Below, piece by piece: positions 13,401 to 28,400 of a stretch of DNA of 64,000 bases. Source of the stretch: Nemertoderma westbladi. Taxonomy: Eukaryota > Animalia > Xenacoelomorpha. Positions within the stretch are counted from its first letter, which is position 1, and every line of letters begins with the position of its first letter. The DNA lies in NCBI GenBank assembly GCA_032718475.1, contig JAUCBJ010005969.1, positions 16,116-80,115 of the forward strand, read 5' to 3'. The translations under genes were made by a program, and so were the position numbers. Below the pieces are notes generated by a model. That model worked only from the letters and a program-made list of their open reading frames with translations, did not search any database and was not told the origin of the DNA.

Positions 13401-16400
13401 CAGTTTAACCTGCCAAAATTTATATGTCTTTTGGTTTATAAATATACTTTAGAAGTTGACAAATATTTAATACCAATAAATACAACATTAGCAGAAGCCA
13501 GCCTAGTGCGCGTCCATTCACCCGCTGGATATACCCGGGGGGCTGGATTCTGAGGGCTTAGATTATTATTGCAGTGTAAGCTTACTGTATTATTCGATTG
13601 ATCGTTAATAAATAATTTCTGACTAATATTATTCACTTTCTGGAAATATTAACAGTTCCTTTAGGACGTGGCGCTCTATCTAAGTAAACAGAGATATGAC
13701 TTATACTAATCACAACGGTAAGTCGGTAAGGCTTATGATTCACGTATGAGGCGCATTCTTTAGGAAATGCTTAGTTATCAGCCACAATCATGCACACTAC
13801 CGGTAACACACAATACTGACCACTAATTTGCCGACCGTCAATGATTTTTATCATATATAAAGAGAACAGCAACGGACCAATGTAGTGCTTATCAAATAGC
13901 ATTAAATTCACTACATACACAATAATATAAGTCGCAATCGCTATTTATAACCCGTCTCTCTAACCTGTAGTGTATCAAGAAAATTGGGAAATTTGGGTTC
14001 TTTATAAATGTTCTCCAAATAATATTCAACCAACTAATACAAAATATGACAACAGTAAAACATTAAGACGGTAGGTCAAGATATGATATGACATGTTATG
14101 ATATGTGATATATGATATGGACTGATAACAGTTATACGCTCTATAATTTAAGCCTACTAATGTTTCTTCTAAAGTATGAAAACGAGTTGACTCTAGAGCC
14201 GGTGTTCCTGGCCTAGATAGCAACAACACAACAGTATGACATTAACAGTAAGACTGAACACTCCTACTGTAGTATGATCGGCCGAAAAGCTCCACATCGA
14301 CAGAAAAAATCGCTCTGATTGGCTTAAGCTAAACAAAGAACCATGTGTCCAATGGCTGTTTCCATGTCAGCAACCAGCTGTTAGATGTCGTAATATGAAT
14401 CATCACGGCTAAGCTGTGTAAGGTATTTGGTACATTGCGGGTTTTTTGCCTTACCATGTCCGCCAAAACACGTATATAGAGGAATGACTTTTATGTCCGT
14501 TAAAACACCTATAACGGTACCTTGCGGGCGAGGGGAATATATATATAGTTAGAGAGCCTTTTAGAGTATTCCAGCGCCTGGGGGGAGACTGGATTGCGAA
14601 GCAAAAGGGCCAGTTATATCCCACAGAAGCTTTTACAATTATATAATTAGTTGAATAAATACAAATAGATAAGGGTCTTCTCCAACGGTAAAAAATAATT
14701 GAATTAATTTAAGTCGATTTGTAATTCCTTAGTGTAAATAGTTAGAAATTGTTAAACCACCGATTTATAATAGTGTAAATAGATATAAATTTTTTATATC
14801 TCCATATTTTTATGATTTTTCGCTATACCCGTCTAATAATATATGCAATTATATAGTACCACCTATTTTGTGCTCGCCCCACTATGTGCCTTATCCTAAT
14901 ACATACTTTAGAGGTACCGGTAACTTTGTTATTTGCTGTTGTGCAGTGTGGTTTTACAGTTCGGTTTAGTGTTTCAGTTATTTATATAGAGTCTGAAGAA
15001 AGGCCTAGGCCAGAAAGTACTCACTTAAATTAATTCAATTATTTTTTACCGTTGGGGAAGACCCTTATATATTTGTATTTATTTAACTTATGATGGACCC
15101 CCCTAACAGCAGCATGTCGCTTTGTTTCAAGATTTAATTATATAATTAGAAATTTCTCCTTGCTCTATACAATTTACACAAGGAGAATGATGGCCAATAA
15201 CGTGATGGGGTGAATGTGAAATCTGATTTACGGTAGAGACCATTGTAATCAAGTTATTTCTGAGTATAATTATTATTACATAGACCCTACAGTTAGATTC
15301 TTGGAAATTATCTGTAGGCTACAGATAATTTCCAAGAATCTAACCTTTTTTGGTTAGGTGATTATTGATTTCGTTGATTAATGTTTGCTTTAGCCATTCA
15401 CGGACGACATTGCCTTTGTTTTCGGCCAATCCTGGTCGCAATTAGATAGATAGGGAAGAGGACAGTAGTGGCAGAGTTAGTTTTCAGCAAAGCAATTGGC
15501 GCAGAGTTCACGATTGGAGTACCTATACTAGTATTCCTATAAGAGCTGTCTTTCTTGCCATCCCTGTCCAGACAAGATTCGCAGTGCCAACATTTTTCCA
15601 AGAACGAGTTCTGCATCAATTTTTGACGGGCGATTTGTTTATAAACGGACGGTCAGTCAGGTCGGTTTTGGTTATTTTGTTTTGTTATTTTTCATAAAGT
15701 TAGTACAAGGAGCACTTTTTATCCTCACGGATAATAAAGTCCCCCTTTCCCGGATCCCAATATTTTGATACCGAGGTCTTTTAATGCTTTCACCGGTCAG
15801 TTGGATAGTTCCCCTGTCGGAAGAGTTTACTTTGTATATTCACATCACTGCCCTACCTGGTACAAATATAGGCTGGAATATTTACTTAATAACTTACTTA
15901 ACAAAACCGATTCGTCCGTGACCCGTTTAAAACTGCATAGAATACCACGTTGCAGATCCGGAAAAGGTTTTTACTTGGAATAGTACTAGCAGCGATAGGC
16001 TGCGCAAAAATCCTATTACAACGGCCGAAGAGCAAGAATTAACTTAAAAAATAGTTAGCGCAAGTTGAATTATTTTACACATCAAACGATTGAACACACG
16101 ACGGTCGATGGCCTACTGACGTTATGGGGAATCCAAGTTTACAGTGAGAGTTTGTGGAATGTACAAATAGACCAACATTGGACGCTGCTTTTTCTAGACT
16201 GCTGAGGAGTCTTTGCGCTCTACCCAATGTTAATGTGATAAAGAATTTCCTGATCATTGCGGACCTTTTTCGTGGAATGATAAACAACTAAAATGTGTGT
16301 TGCCTTTGGCCCCTAAATACTTTTTCTTATATAAAGTACAGCCCCACACACCCAGAACGAGAAAAAATATTGCCCTTGATGGTCACTTTTGGACCTTCGT

Positions 16401-19400
16401 CTCATTCCGACCTTCGTCTCATCCCGACCTTCATCTCATACCGACCATCGTCTCATCCCGACCTTCATCTCATACCGACCTTCGTCTCATCCCGACCTTC
16501 ATATCATACCGACCATCGTCTCATCCCGACCTTCATATCATACCGACCTTCGTCTCATCCCGACCTTCATCTCATACCGACCTTCGTCTCATCCCGACCT
16601 TCATATCATACCGACCATCGTCTCATCCCGACCTTCATATCATACCGACCTTCGTCTCATCCCGACCTTCATCTCATACCGACCTTCGTCTCATCTCGAC
16701 CTTCATCTCATACCGACCATCGTCTCATCCCGACCTTCATCTCATACCGACCATCGTCTCATCCCGGCCTTTCATCTCATACCGACCTTCGTCTCATCCC
16801 GACCTTCATCTCATACCGACCATCGTCTCATCCCGACCTTCGTCTCATCCCGACCTTCGTCTCATCCCGACCTTCGTCTCATCCCGACCTTCGTCTCATC
16901 CCGACCTTCGTCTCATCCCGACCTTCATATCATACCGACCATGGTCTCATCCCGACCTTCATCTCATACCGACCTTCGTCTCATCCCGACCTTCATCTCA
17001 TACCGACCATCGTCTCATCCCGACCTTCGTCTCATCCCGACCTTCATCTTATCCCGACCTTCATCTCATACCGACCATCGTCTCATCCCGACCTTCATCT
17101 CATACCGACCTTCGTCTCATCCCGACCTTCATCTCATACCGACCTTCGTCTCATCCCGACCTTCATCTCATACCGACCATCGTTTCATCCCGACCTTCGT
17201 CTCATCCCGACCTTCGTCTCATCCCGACCTTCATCTCATCCCGGCCTTCATCTCATACCGACCTTCGTCTCATCCCGACCTTCATCTCATACCGACCTTC
17301 ATCTCATCCCGGCCTTCGTCTCATCCCGACCTTCGTCTCATCCCGACCTTCGTCTCATCCCGACCTTCATATCATACCGACCATGGTCTCATCCCGACCT
17401 TCATATCATACCGACCATGGTCTCATCCCGACCTTCATCTCATACCGACCTTCGTCTCATCCCGACCTTCATCTCATACCGACCATCGTCTCATCCCGAC
17501 CTTCGTCTCATCCCGACCTTCATCTTATCCCGACCTTCATATCATACCGACCGTCGTCTCATCCCGACCTTCGTCTCATCCCGACCTTCATCTCATCCCG
17601 ACCTTCATCTCATCCCGGCCTTCATCTCATACCGACCTTCGTCTCATCCCGACCTTCATCTCATCCCGACCTTCATATCATACCGACCATGGTCTCATCC
17701 CGACCTTCATCTCATACCGACCTTCGTCTCATCCCGATCTTCATCTCATACCGACCATCGTTTCATCCCGACCTTCGTCTCATCCCGACCTTCATATCAT
17801 ACCGACCATCGTCTCATCCCGACCTTCGTCTCATCCCGACCTTCGTCTCATCCCGACCTTCGTCTCATCCTGACCTTCGTCTCATCCCGATCTTCGTCTC
17901 TTCCCGACCTTCGTCTGATCCCGACCTTCGTCTCTTCCCGACCTTCATATCATACCGACCTTCGTCTCATCCCGACCTTCGTCTCATCCGGACCTTCGTC
18001 TCATCCCGACCTTCGTCTCATCACGACCTTCGTCTCATCCGGACCTTCGTCTCATCCCGACCTTCATATCATACCGACCTTCGTCTCATCCCGACCTTCG
18101 TCTCATCCCGACCTTCGTCTCATCACGACCTTCGTCTCATCCGGACCTTCGTCTCATCCCGACCTTCGTCTCATCCCGACCTTCGTCTCATCCCGACCTT
18201 CGTCTCATCCTGACCTTCGTCTCATCCCGATCTTCGTCTCTTCCCGACCTTCGTCTGATCCCGACCTTCGTCTCTTCCCGACCTTCATATCATACCGACC
18301 TTCGTCTCATCCCGACCTTCGTCTCATCCGGACCTTCGTCTCATCCCGATCTTCGTCTCTTCCCGACCTTCATATCATACCGACCTTCGTCTCATCCCGA
18401 CCTTCGTCTCATCCGGACCTTCGTCTCATCCCGATCTTCATATCATACCGACCTTCGTCTCATCCCGACCTTCGTCTCATCCGGACCTTCGTCTCATCCC
18501 GATCTTCGTCTCTTCCCGACCTTCATATCATACCGACCTTCGTCTCATCCCGACCTTCGTCTCATCCGGACCTTCGTCTCATCCCGATCTTCATATCATA
18601 CCGACCTTCGTCTCATCCCGACCTTCGTCTCATCCGGACCTTCGTCTCATCCCGATCTTCATATCATACCGACCTTCGTCTCATCCGGACCTTCGTCTCA
18701 TCCCGACCTTCGTCTCATCCCGACCTTCGTCTCATCCCGACCTTCGTCTCATCCTGACCTTCGTCTCATCCCGATCTTCGTCTCTTCCCGACCTTCGTCT
18801 GATCCCGACCTTCGTCTCTTCCCGACCTTCATATCATACCGACCTTCGTCTCATCCCGACCTTCGTCTCATCCGGACCTTCGTCTCATCCCGATCTTCGT
18901 CTCTTCCCGACCTTCATATCATACCGACCTTCGTCTCATCCCGACCTTCGTCTCATCCGGACCTTCGTCTCATCCCGATCTTCATATCATACCGACCTTC
19001 GTCTCATCCCGACCTTCGTCTCATCCGGACCTTCGTCTCATCCCGATCTTCGTCTCTTCCCGACCTTCATATCATACCGACCTTCGTCTCATCCCGACCT
19101 TCGTCTCATCCGGACCTTCGTCTCATCCCGATCTTCATATCATACCGACCTTCGTCTCATCCCGACCTTCGTCTCATCCGGACCTTCGTCTCATCCCGAT
19201 CTTACTTTTACTTTGTTTTTACTTGGAATAGTTCTAGCAGCGATAGGCTGCGCAAAAATCCTATTACAACGGCCGAAGAGCAAGAATTAACTTAAAAATA
19301 GTTAGCGCAAGTTTAATTATTTTACACATCAAACGATTGAACACACGACGGTCGATGGCCTACTGACGTTATGGGGAATCCAAGTTTACAGTGAGAGTTT

Positions 19401-22400
19401 GTGGAATGTACAAATAGACCAACATTGGACGCTGCTTTTTCTAGACTGCTGAGGAGTCTTTGCGCTCTACCCTATGTTAATGTGATAAAGAATTTCCTGA
19501 TCATTGCGGACCTTTTTCGTGGAATGATAAACAACTAAAATGTTTGTTGCCTTTGGCCCCTAAATACTTTTTCTTATATAAAGTACAGCCCCACACACCC
19601 AGAACGAGAAAAAATATTGCCCTTGATGGTCACTTTTGGACCTTCGTCTCATCCCGACCTTCATATCATACCGACCATCGTCTCATCCCGACCTTCGTCT
19701 CATTCCGACCTTCGTCTCATCCCGACCTTCATATCATACCGACCATCGTCTCATCCCGACCTTCATATCATACCGACCTTCGTCTCATCCCGACCTTCAT
19801 CTCATACCGACCTTCGTCTCATCCCGACCTTCATCTCATACCGACCATCGTCTCATCCCGACCTTCATATCATACCGACCTTCGTCTCATCCCGACCTTC
19901 ATCTCATACCGACCTTCGTCTCATCCCGACCTTCATCTCATACCGACCTTCGTCTCATCCCGACCTTCATCTCATACCGACCATCGTCTCATCCCGACCT
20001 TCATATCATACCGACCTTCGTCTCATCCCGACCTTCATCTCATACCGACCATCGTCTCATCCCGACCTTCATCTCATACCGACCATCGTATCATCCCGAC
20101 CTTCATCTCATACCGACCTTCGTCTCATCCCGACCTTCATCTCATACCGACCATCGTCTCATCCCGACCTTCATCTCATACCGACCATCGTCTCATCCCG
20201 ACCTTCATCTCATACCGACCTTCGTCTCATCCCGACCTTCATCTCATACCGACCATCGTCTCATCCCGACCTTCGTCTCATCCCGACCTTCGTCTCATCC
20301 CGACCTTCGTCTCATCCCGACCTTCGTCTCATCCCGACCTTCATATCATACCGACCATGGTCTCATCCCGACCTTCATCTCATACCGACCTTCGTCTCAT
20401 CCCGACCTTCATCTCATACCGACCATCGTCTCATCCCGACCTTCGTCTCATCCCGACCTTCATCTTATCCCGACCTTCATCTCATAGCGACCTTCGTCTC
20501 ATCCCGACCTTCATCTCATACCGACCATCGTCTCATCCCGACCTTCGTCTCATCCCGACCTTCGTCTCATCCCGACCTTCATCTTATCCCGGCCTTCATC
20601 TCATACCGACCTTCGTCTCATCCCGACCTTCATCTCATACCGACCTTCATCTCATCCCGGCCTTCGTCTCATCCCGACCTTCGTCTCATCCCGACCTTCG
20701 TCTCATCCCGACCTTCATATCATACCGACCATGGTCTCATCCCGACCTTCATATCATACCGACCATGGTCTCATCCCGACCTTCATCTCATACCGACCTT
20801 CGTCTCATCCCGACCTTCATCTCATACCGACCATCGTCTCATCCCGACCTTCGTCTAATCCCGACCTTCATCTTATCCCGACCTTCATATCATACCGACC
20901 TTCGTCTCATACCGACCTTCGTCTCATCCCGACCTTCGTCTCATCCCGACCTTCATCTCATCCCGGCCTTCATCTCATACCGACCTTCGTCTCATCCCGA
21001 TCTTCATCTCATCCCGACCTTCATATCATACCGACCATGGTCTCATCCCGACCTTCATCTCATACCGACCTTCGTCTCATCCCGATCTTCATCTCATACC
21101 GACCATCGTTTCATAACGACCTTCGTCTCATCCCGACCTTCATCTTATCCCGACCTTCATATCATACCGACCATCGTCTCATCCCGACCTTCGTCTCATC
21201 CCGACCTTCGTCTCATCCCGACCTTCATCTCATACCGACCTTCGTCTCATCCCGACCATCGTTTCATCCAGACCTTAGTCTCATCCCGACCTTCGTCTCA
21301 TCCTGACCTTCGTCTCATCCCGATCTTCGTCTCTTCCCGACCTTCGTCTGATCCCGACCTTCGTCTCTTCCCGACCTTCATATCATACCGACCTTCGTCT
21401 CATCCCGACCTTCGTCTCATCCGGACCTTCGTCTCATCCCGACCTTCGTCTCATCACGACCTTCGTCTCATCCGGACCTTCGTCTCATCCCGATCTTCGT
21501 CTCATCCCGACCTTCGTCTCATCACGACCTTCGTCTCATCCGGACCTTCGTCTCATCCCGACCTTCATCTCATACCGACCTTCGTCTCATCCCGACCATC
21601 GTTTCATCCAGACCTTAGTCTCATCCCGACCTTCGTCTCATCCTGACCTTCGTCTCATCCCGATCTTCGTCTCTTCCCGATCTTCGTCTGATCCCGACCT
21701 TCGTCTCTTCCCGACCTTCATATCATACCGACCTTCGTCTCATCCTGACCTTCGTCTCATCCGGACCTTCGTCTCATCCCGACCTTCGTCTCATCACGAC
21801 CTTCATCTCATACCGACCTTTGTCTCATCCCGACCTTCATCTCATACCGACCATCGTCTCATCCCGAGCTTCGTCTCATCCCGACCTTCATCTAATCCCG
21901 ACCTTCATATCATACCGACTATCCCGACCTTCGTCTCATCCCGACCTTCGTTTCATCCGGACCTTCGTCTCATCCCGACCTTCGCCTCATCCCGACCTTC
22001 GTCTCACCCCGACCTTCGTCTCATCCCGACCTTCGTTTCATCCGGACCTTCGTCTCATCCCGACATTCGTCTCATCCTGACCTTCGTCTCATCCCGACCT
22101 TCGTCTCATCCCGACCTTCATCTCATCCCGGCCTTCATCTCATACCGACCTTCGTCTCATACCGACCTTCGTCTCATCCCGATCTTCATCTCATACCGAC
22201 CTTCATCTCATACCGACCATGGTCTCATCCCGACCTTCATCTCATACCGACCTTCGTCTCATCCCGATCTTCATCTCATACCGACCATCGTTTCATCCCG
22301 ACCTTCGTCTCATCCCGACCTTCATCTTATCCCGACCTTCATATCATACCGACCATCGTCTCATCTCGACCTTCGTCTCATCCCGACCTTCGTCTCATCC

Positions 22401-25400
22401 CGACCTTCATCTCATACCGACCTTCGTCTCATCCCGACCATCGTTTCATCCAGACCTTAGTCTCATCCCGACCTTCGTCTCATCCTGACCTTCGTCTCAT
22501 CCCGATCTTCGTCTCTTCCCGACCTTCGTCTGATCCCGACCTTCGTCTCTTCCCGACCTTCATATCATACCGACCTTCGTCTCATCCCGACCTTCGTCTC
22601 ATCCGGACCTTCGTCTCATCCCGACCTTCGTCTCATCACGACCTTCGTCTCATCCGGACCTTCGTCTCATCCCGATCTTCGTCTCATCCCGACCTTCGTC
22701 TCATCACGACCTTCGTCTCATCCGGACCCTCGTCTCATCCCGACCTTCATCTCATACCGACCTTCGTCTCATCCCGACCATCGTTTCATCCAGACCTTAG
22801 TCTCATCCCGACCTTCGTCTCATCCTGACCTTCGTCTCATCCCGATCTTCGTCTCTTCCCGATCTTCGTCTGATCCCGACCTTCGTCTCTTCCCGACCTT
22901 CATATCATACCGACCTTCGTCTCATCCCGACCTTCGTCTCATCCGGACCTTCGTCTCATCCCGACCTTCGTCTCATCACGACCTTCATCTCATACCGACC
23001 TTCGTCTCATCCCGACCTTCATCTCATACCGACCATCGTCTCATCCCGAGCTTCGTCTCATCCCGACCTTCATCTAATCCCGACCTTCATATCATACCGA
23101 CTATCCCGACCTTCGTCTCATCCCGACCTTCGTTTCATCCGGACCTTCGTCTCATCCCGACCTTCGCCTCATCCCGACCTTCGTCTCACCCCGACCTTCG
23201 TCTCATCCCGACCTTCGTTTCATCCGGACCTTCGTCTCATCCCGACATTCGTCTCATCCTGACCTTCGTCTCATCCGGACCTTCGTCTCATCCCGACCTT
23301 CGTCTCATCCCGACCTTCGTCTCATCCAGACCTTTGTCTCATCCCGACCTTCGTCTCATCCCACCTTCATCTCATCCCGACCTTAGTCGAATCCCAACCT
23401 TCGTCTCATCCGGACCTTCGTCTCTTCCCGACCGTCGTCTCATCCGGACCTTCGTCTCATCCCGACCTTCGTCTCATCCCGACCTTCGTCTCAACCCGAC
23501 CTTCGTCTCATCCCAACCTTCGTCTCACCCCACCCTTCGTCTCATCCCGACCTTCGTCTCATCCGGACTTTCGTATCATCACGACCTACGTCTCATCCCG
23601 ACCTTCGTCTCATTCCGACCTTCGTCTCATGAATATGCCTCGCACAGTTTACAAGTGAAGACTTATCTGTATACCTGAATATACCTACCTATGGTGGGTT
23701 GGAAGATGGTAATTTTAAAATATGGAAATATGGATGTAAATGTGGATTGTGGGGAGTTGGAAAGTGGATGGGAATGTGGGAAAGTGGGTGGGAATGTGAC
23801 AGGTTGACAATTGTAGGGTAATGTTGGAAGTTGTGGGAAGGTGAATGGGAATGCTGGGAAGATTGGTTGGAATTAATTGAGTTGAACGTGGGGCGTATTC
23901 ATAATTATACCCGGACAAATTAAGTTTAATTCATTAATTAGGGTCAATCACCGGTACATGTATGTATGTGCTTTGTATGTGCTATTTACCTGCTTACCGT
24001 TATCTCTGAAATATTATATTTGTGCCAGTTTGATTTTCCACGGCCCATGTGAAGAATACCAGACTTTCTGCCGTTATATTTCACTTTGCAGTTACCCCCA
24101 TGTGAAGAATACCAGGTTTTCACCAAAACCACAGGTTACAGAAGGGCTGAATCTAACCAAAACAATAAACGAATTAGTATATGTACAGGTTATAAGACAG
24201 AAATAAGCGCTATAAAACACTTAATAAAGATAAATTAAAAAAAAAATAAAAAATCTTCATATATAAAATTCCAATAAAAAGTCGACCGAAAAGTGAAATC
24301 CTGGTATTCTTCACATGTGCGTTTTCCACTATTCTATGAATAGGAAATTATTTTAACCAATTTTTAAATAATGCTTTATATTTTACTCTTTTAATTAATT
24401 AATAAACCGCTGAAGATGCCCGGGAGGTTGAAATGTGCGGTGTAATAAACCTTTTTATACAGCCACGCGGTGAATGACTCTTACTTTAACTTAATTTATC
24501 AGGGAAGATTGGTGGGAATGTGGGAAGATGGATGACATTTTAAGGAAATTTTACCTCGTGTTGCAAGATTATACAGGTAAGTTACAGTGTCAGGTGAATG
24601 GAACATCAATAAACGATATCGTCTTTAACAATTGAAGGAAAGGGGCAGGTTGCAGAGGCGCCGGTTTTTTTACCCAAATAATAAATATTTCGTTAAAAAT
24701 AGAGGGAATGGCACAGATATTAAATAGACGGGGTTTTATAACCAAATCATTCAAAGCAATATTCCATGTTGCTATTTAACAATAGTAGGATAGGAGCAGT
24801 TTTCAGAGGTGGCCTTGTTTAACGGTATCCAGCAAGTCCATACGACTACGAAGCGTATGTGAGCCATGTAGTGGCGTAATCATATCACAAAATTTCCACC
24901 TTCCCACTTTCCAATCCATTTTACCACATTCCAATCTTCCTACATTCCCATTTTTCCTTTTCTTAGAAGAAGATTCTAGAACTAGGTTGCAACTTCATTA
25001 GTGTTGGTATTATCATTTCCAAACCAGATTTAACAGCATTATGAACTTGTAATCCGTGTACCAGGAGTAAGTCGATCATCGCTTACCATGCGACATCCCC
25101 TATCTAGTCCCCGCCGCGTCATCAAAGTCATGTCACATCAACTAATAAACTTGATTGAAAATAAATAATGCATAGACTCTTGAGATTCAGCTTATTACCT
25201 AAATATAAACCAGCTAAAAGGAATTATTCAGTAATTCGGTATTTTTATAGCAACCTGCTCTAAAGCAGCTGTCAGCCAGGTATTTACACATGCGGATAAA
25301 ATAACTGAATGTCTGGGAAACTGGTGTTGTACCAAATACCATCCTTCTGAGACATTGCCCCCTTGCCCCAGACTCGACTCCTAAATAGACTGCAACTGAA

Positions 25401-28400
25401 GCTCTCCCTGGCGTCTGTGCTCTACATGGCTGCCATATACATATAAAATCCATATAGGCCTACACGACTTTCTACATGGAAAATATTCTACTCTAAATAG
25501 ATAAATGGATATAGTACTCAACCATTATAATTCTCATATCAGATTAAAGTTGTCTTTATATAGAAATACTGTTAAAAAGTGAAATAATTGATTGAACGCT
25601 CTGATTAAAGTTTCTTGTCATATTCATTCTTAGTTTTTAATTTATTTTTTTTTTAGTAATACGTCGGAGAACGTAGTAGTACGTTATTGGTAGTGGTTTT
25701 ATTTTTTTCTGTTTTAAGTGATTCAGCGTTTGATGGAAGAACTTTCTGGCTATTAATTCAACACCACTCCATCAGCACTCTACACTACATAATGGAATAA
25801 TAACATTTGGAGTCGCCTTACTTTTACTTTTCGTTTATGCTCACTCTTGGTTATACCACCATCAATTTGCTCGATGTTGTTGAAAGTATTATTTTTTAGG
25901 CGAAAACAGTAAAATGTGACTCTAATTCATTTATTTTTATCATAAAATGATTCTTGGTGCCCCGGTATAACTATTTCCAACTGAAACTGTACCGTTTATT
26001 GTACAATGAAAACTCAATTAATGTCTGTTCTTTTTTTCAAATTGCGTAAACCGCGATTATTTTTCAGGGATATTCTTAATTTTTCTTTTAAAAATTAACT
26101 ATCTCAGCTTTTTAGCATATTTTTACTAAATGGATAATTAACAGACAGTAAAGTAGTAAGTAGTATGTTACCGGTACATAACTTTCAAATTATTTAGCTC
26201 TTTTTCAATTTGTTAAATTTCACCTCAGACAGTCAAGATTTAAAAATAGAGCGGAAGAAAATAGATATCAAATAACAAATATCAATAAATGACATTTTGC
26301 TGGTGGTATTACAGTTGAAGAGCATTCATTGTATGTGTAACTTAACTTGTTATTTGTATCGCTTACAAGTTGGTCGTAATGACATCGCCTTCTGAGGCCC
26401 ATGGTGGTTCTAGGCGATCGCCAAGGTCTGGATCCATCCGTAAGATGTGTAAGTTACGATATCCAACTACTACTATACTATCGGCATGCTGCATTACAGC
26501 TGCGTTATATATATATATTACATATATATTAAGAGTGCTGTATGGCTGCTTGTCGACAAATTGCGCCGCCACATCTCCATCACACATGAAAGGCGGTCAC
26601 GAGCTGTCCACCATACTTATTCACTCCATGATGCCCCCAAAGCACACGATTATGTACTGGTTGATCCTCACTACGAAAGCAATGTCCTACAAAGCGGATG
26701 CGGCTCCTTTCAAGTGTCAAGCTAAAGGAGACCAGTGAAACATCTCCATGTTGTATAAAGTCTGATTGGAGATGTGTTCATTGTACTTGACACAATGAAC
26801 CCGGCGCAGCATTCTTGTATAAACGAACCTTTCGAAACTTTCCAAGATTCGGTTTTATTCTATGGGACTTACAAATCCTGTCATAATTTTTGTCTTTTTG
26901 GAGCACTCAAAAAGAGCAACACTAGAAGCAACCTGCTCCAATAAGCTGAAGAGCCTTTGGGCTCCCTCTAGTGATTCTCCGTATCCATAAGTCATCAGCA
27001 AAGTCTAGATCAGTAAGGTACTTTGCTGGATTTCCTCTACATCTTGTGCCAGTAGGGGGTGTTGCCAACACTCCATCTTGATTAAGATTGTTTAAGGAAA
27101 TGAGTAGAAAATAAAATAATCAACCACAATTATGAGTAAGAATGGTGCAAGAGTGACTGAGTGAAGACCTCGAATGGATATCGATATCAAAGATCAAGGT
27201 TGATCTTAAGTTGACCCAAATCAAAATATGGGTTAATCAGTAGTTTAACTAGGTTTTTACCAAGATCAAGGTTGATCAATAGTTTAATTTGTCCTTCACC
27301 AAGATCAGTATTGATCAGTAGTTTATGTTGGCCTTCACCATTTATCTATACTCAGCTTGCTGTATTGCAGCTGAATATAACACCACCCAACTCCCCCCCC
27401 CCCCCCCCCATCACTCATAAATTTCACGAGATATCCACAACTACAATGCCAGTGTCCTTTATGAGGCATCTCAAGAAAGTCATGGGCTGGCCACCCCATG
27501 CTTACAGTATTATCTCCATGAGGCCAGCAGTAGTGGGTTGGTCATCACTGCAAAAGCAGTTCCCTGCCAAATTCAGGGTTGATCAGAAGTAGAAGTCGGT
27601 CTTCATAAATATTTTTGCATCAATTAGTAAGTTAGCGTAGTAAAGTTAACAATAAGTACGTGGGTTAAATGTGCAGAACGTTTATTGAGATAAATCTCCC
27701 TATACATAATAAATATAATCTATTTTTCAGATCGTTTTTGTCACAACAGATTTATTTATTTTTCAGCTGGAGATCAGAGCATGGTGGGCGCGGAGGCCCC
27801 AACTTTCCTGGAGCCAATCAAGAAGGTTTACACGACCGATGGAGGCAAGGCTACGTTCGAGGCTGTCGCGGTAGGGAAGCCCCAGCCACAGATAGCCTGG
27901 TACCGTCAGAGCACCCTGATACAGCCGTCGCACGAGTTCGTCATGACTCAGGAGGGAAACAGGTCAGTTAAACGAGACGCTGATTTTTACAAGAACCGGT
28001 AACAACTTGAAAAGTTCTAGAAAATGCCAAATATGAATATGAACAATTATTGTATATACATTATTACTTATCCTGAAATTAAGTTAATATATCGTAATAC
28101 AATTGTACATATACACCCATCTTTTATGGTGGTGAAAGTGGTTCACAATATGGGTGTCTTTATACACACACACACTCAGTGATGTTCAACTTTTTTTTGG
28201 GTGACTAGTTAACTAAATAGTTAAACTAAATCGAGAAACACAGTTTAACTAATAGTTAACTAAAATTTCAACTATTTTGAATATGCATAGTTAACTAATT
28301 AACTAAAAAGATTCAAAAACGATTTCCAAGTAAAAAGATTTAACTTCAAAAAAAGGTTTAGTGGCTGCTTAGCAGTACTGAAACAAGCCGTTCCGTACAG

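Larger units (their letters stand above)
2915..14637 (-). mobile_element. Non-autonomous BEL/Pao LTR retrotransposon (element 1)
   Basis: Near-identical TG...CA LTRs at 2915-4171 and 13376-14637 (about 5 substitutions plus one 5-bp indel seen). 5-bp TSD ATTAT (2910-2914 / 14638-14642). Purine tract GGGAGCGG next to the 3' LTR. BEL-type Gag/protease ORF. Confidence 0.95.

Noticed and set aside
16295-23678. 400-820 aa + strand ORFs
   Set aside because: The 17-bp unit lacks stops in all three frames; purely periodic peptide.
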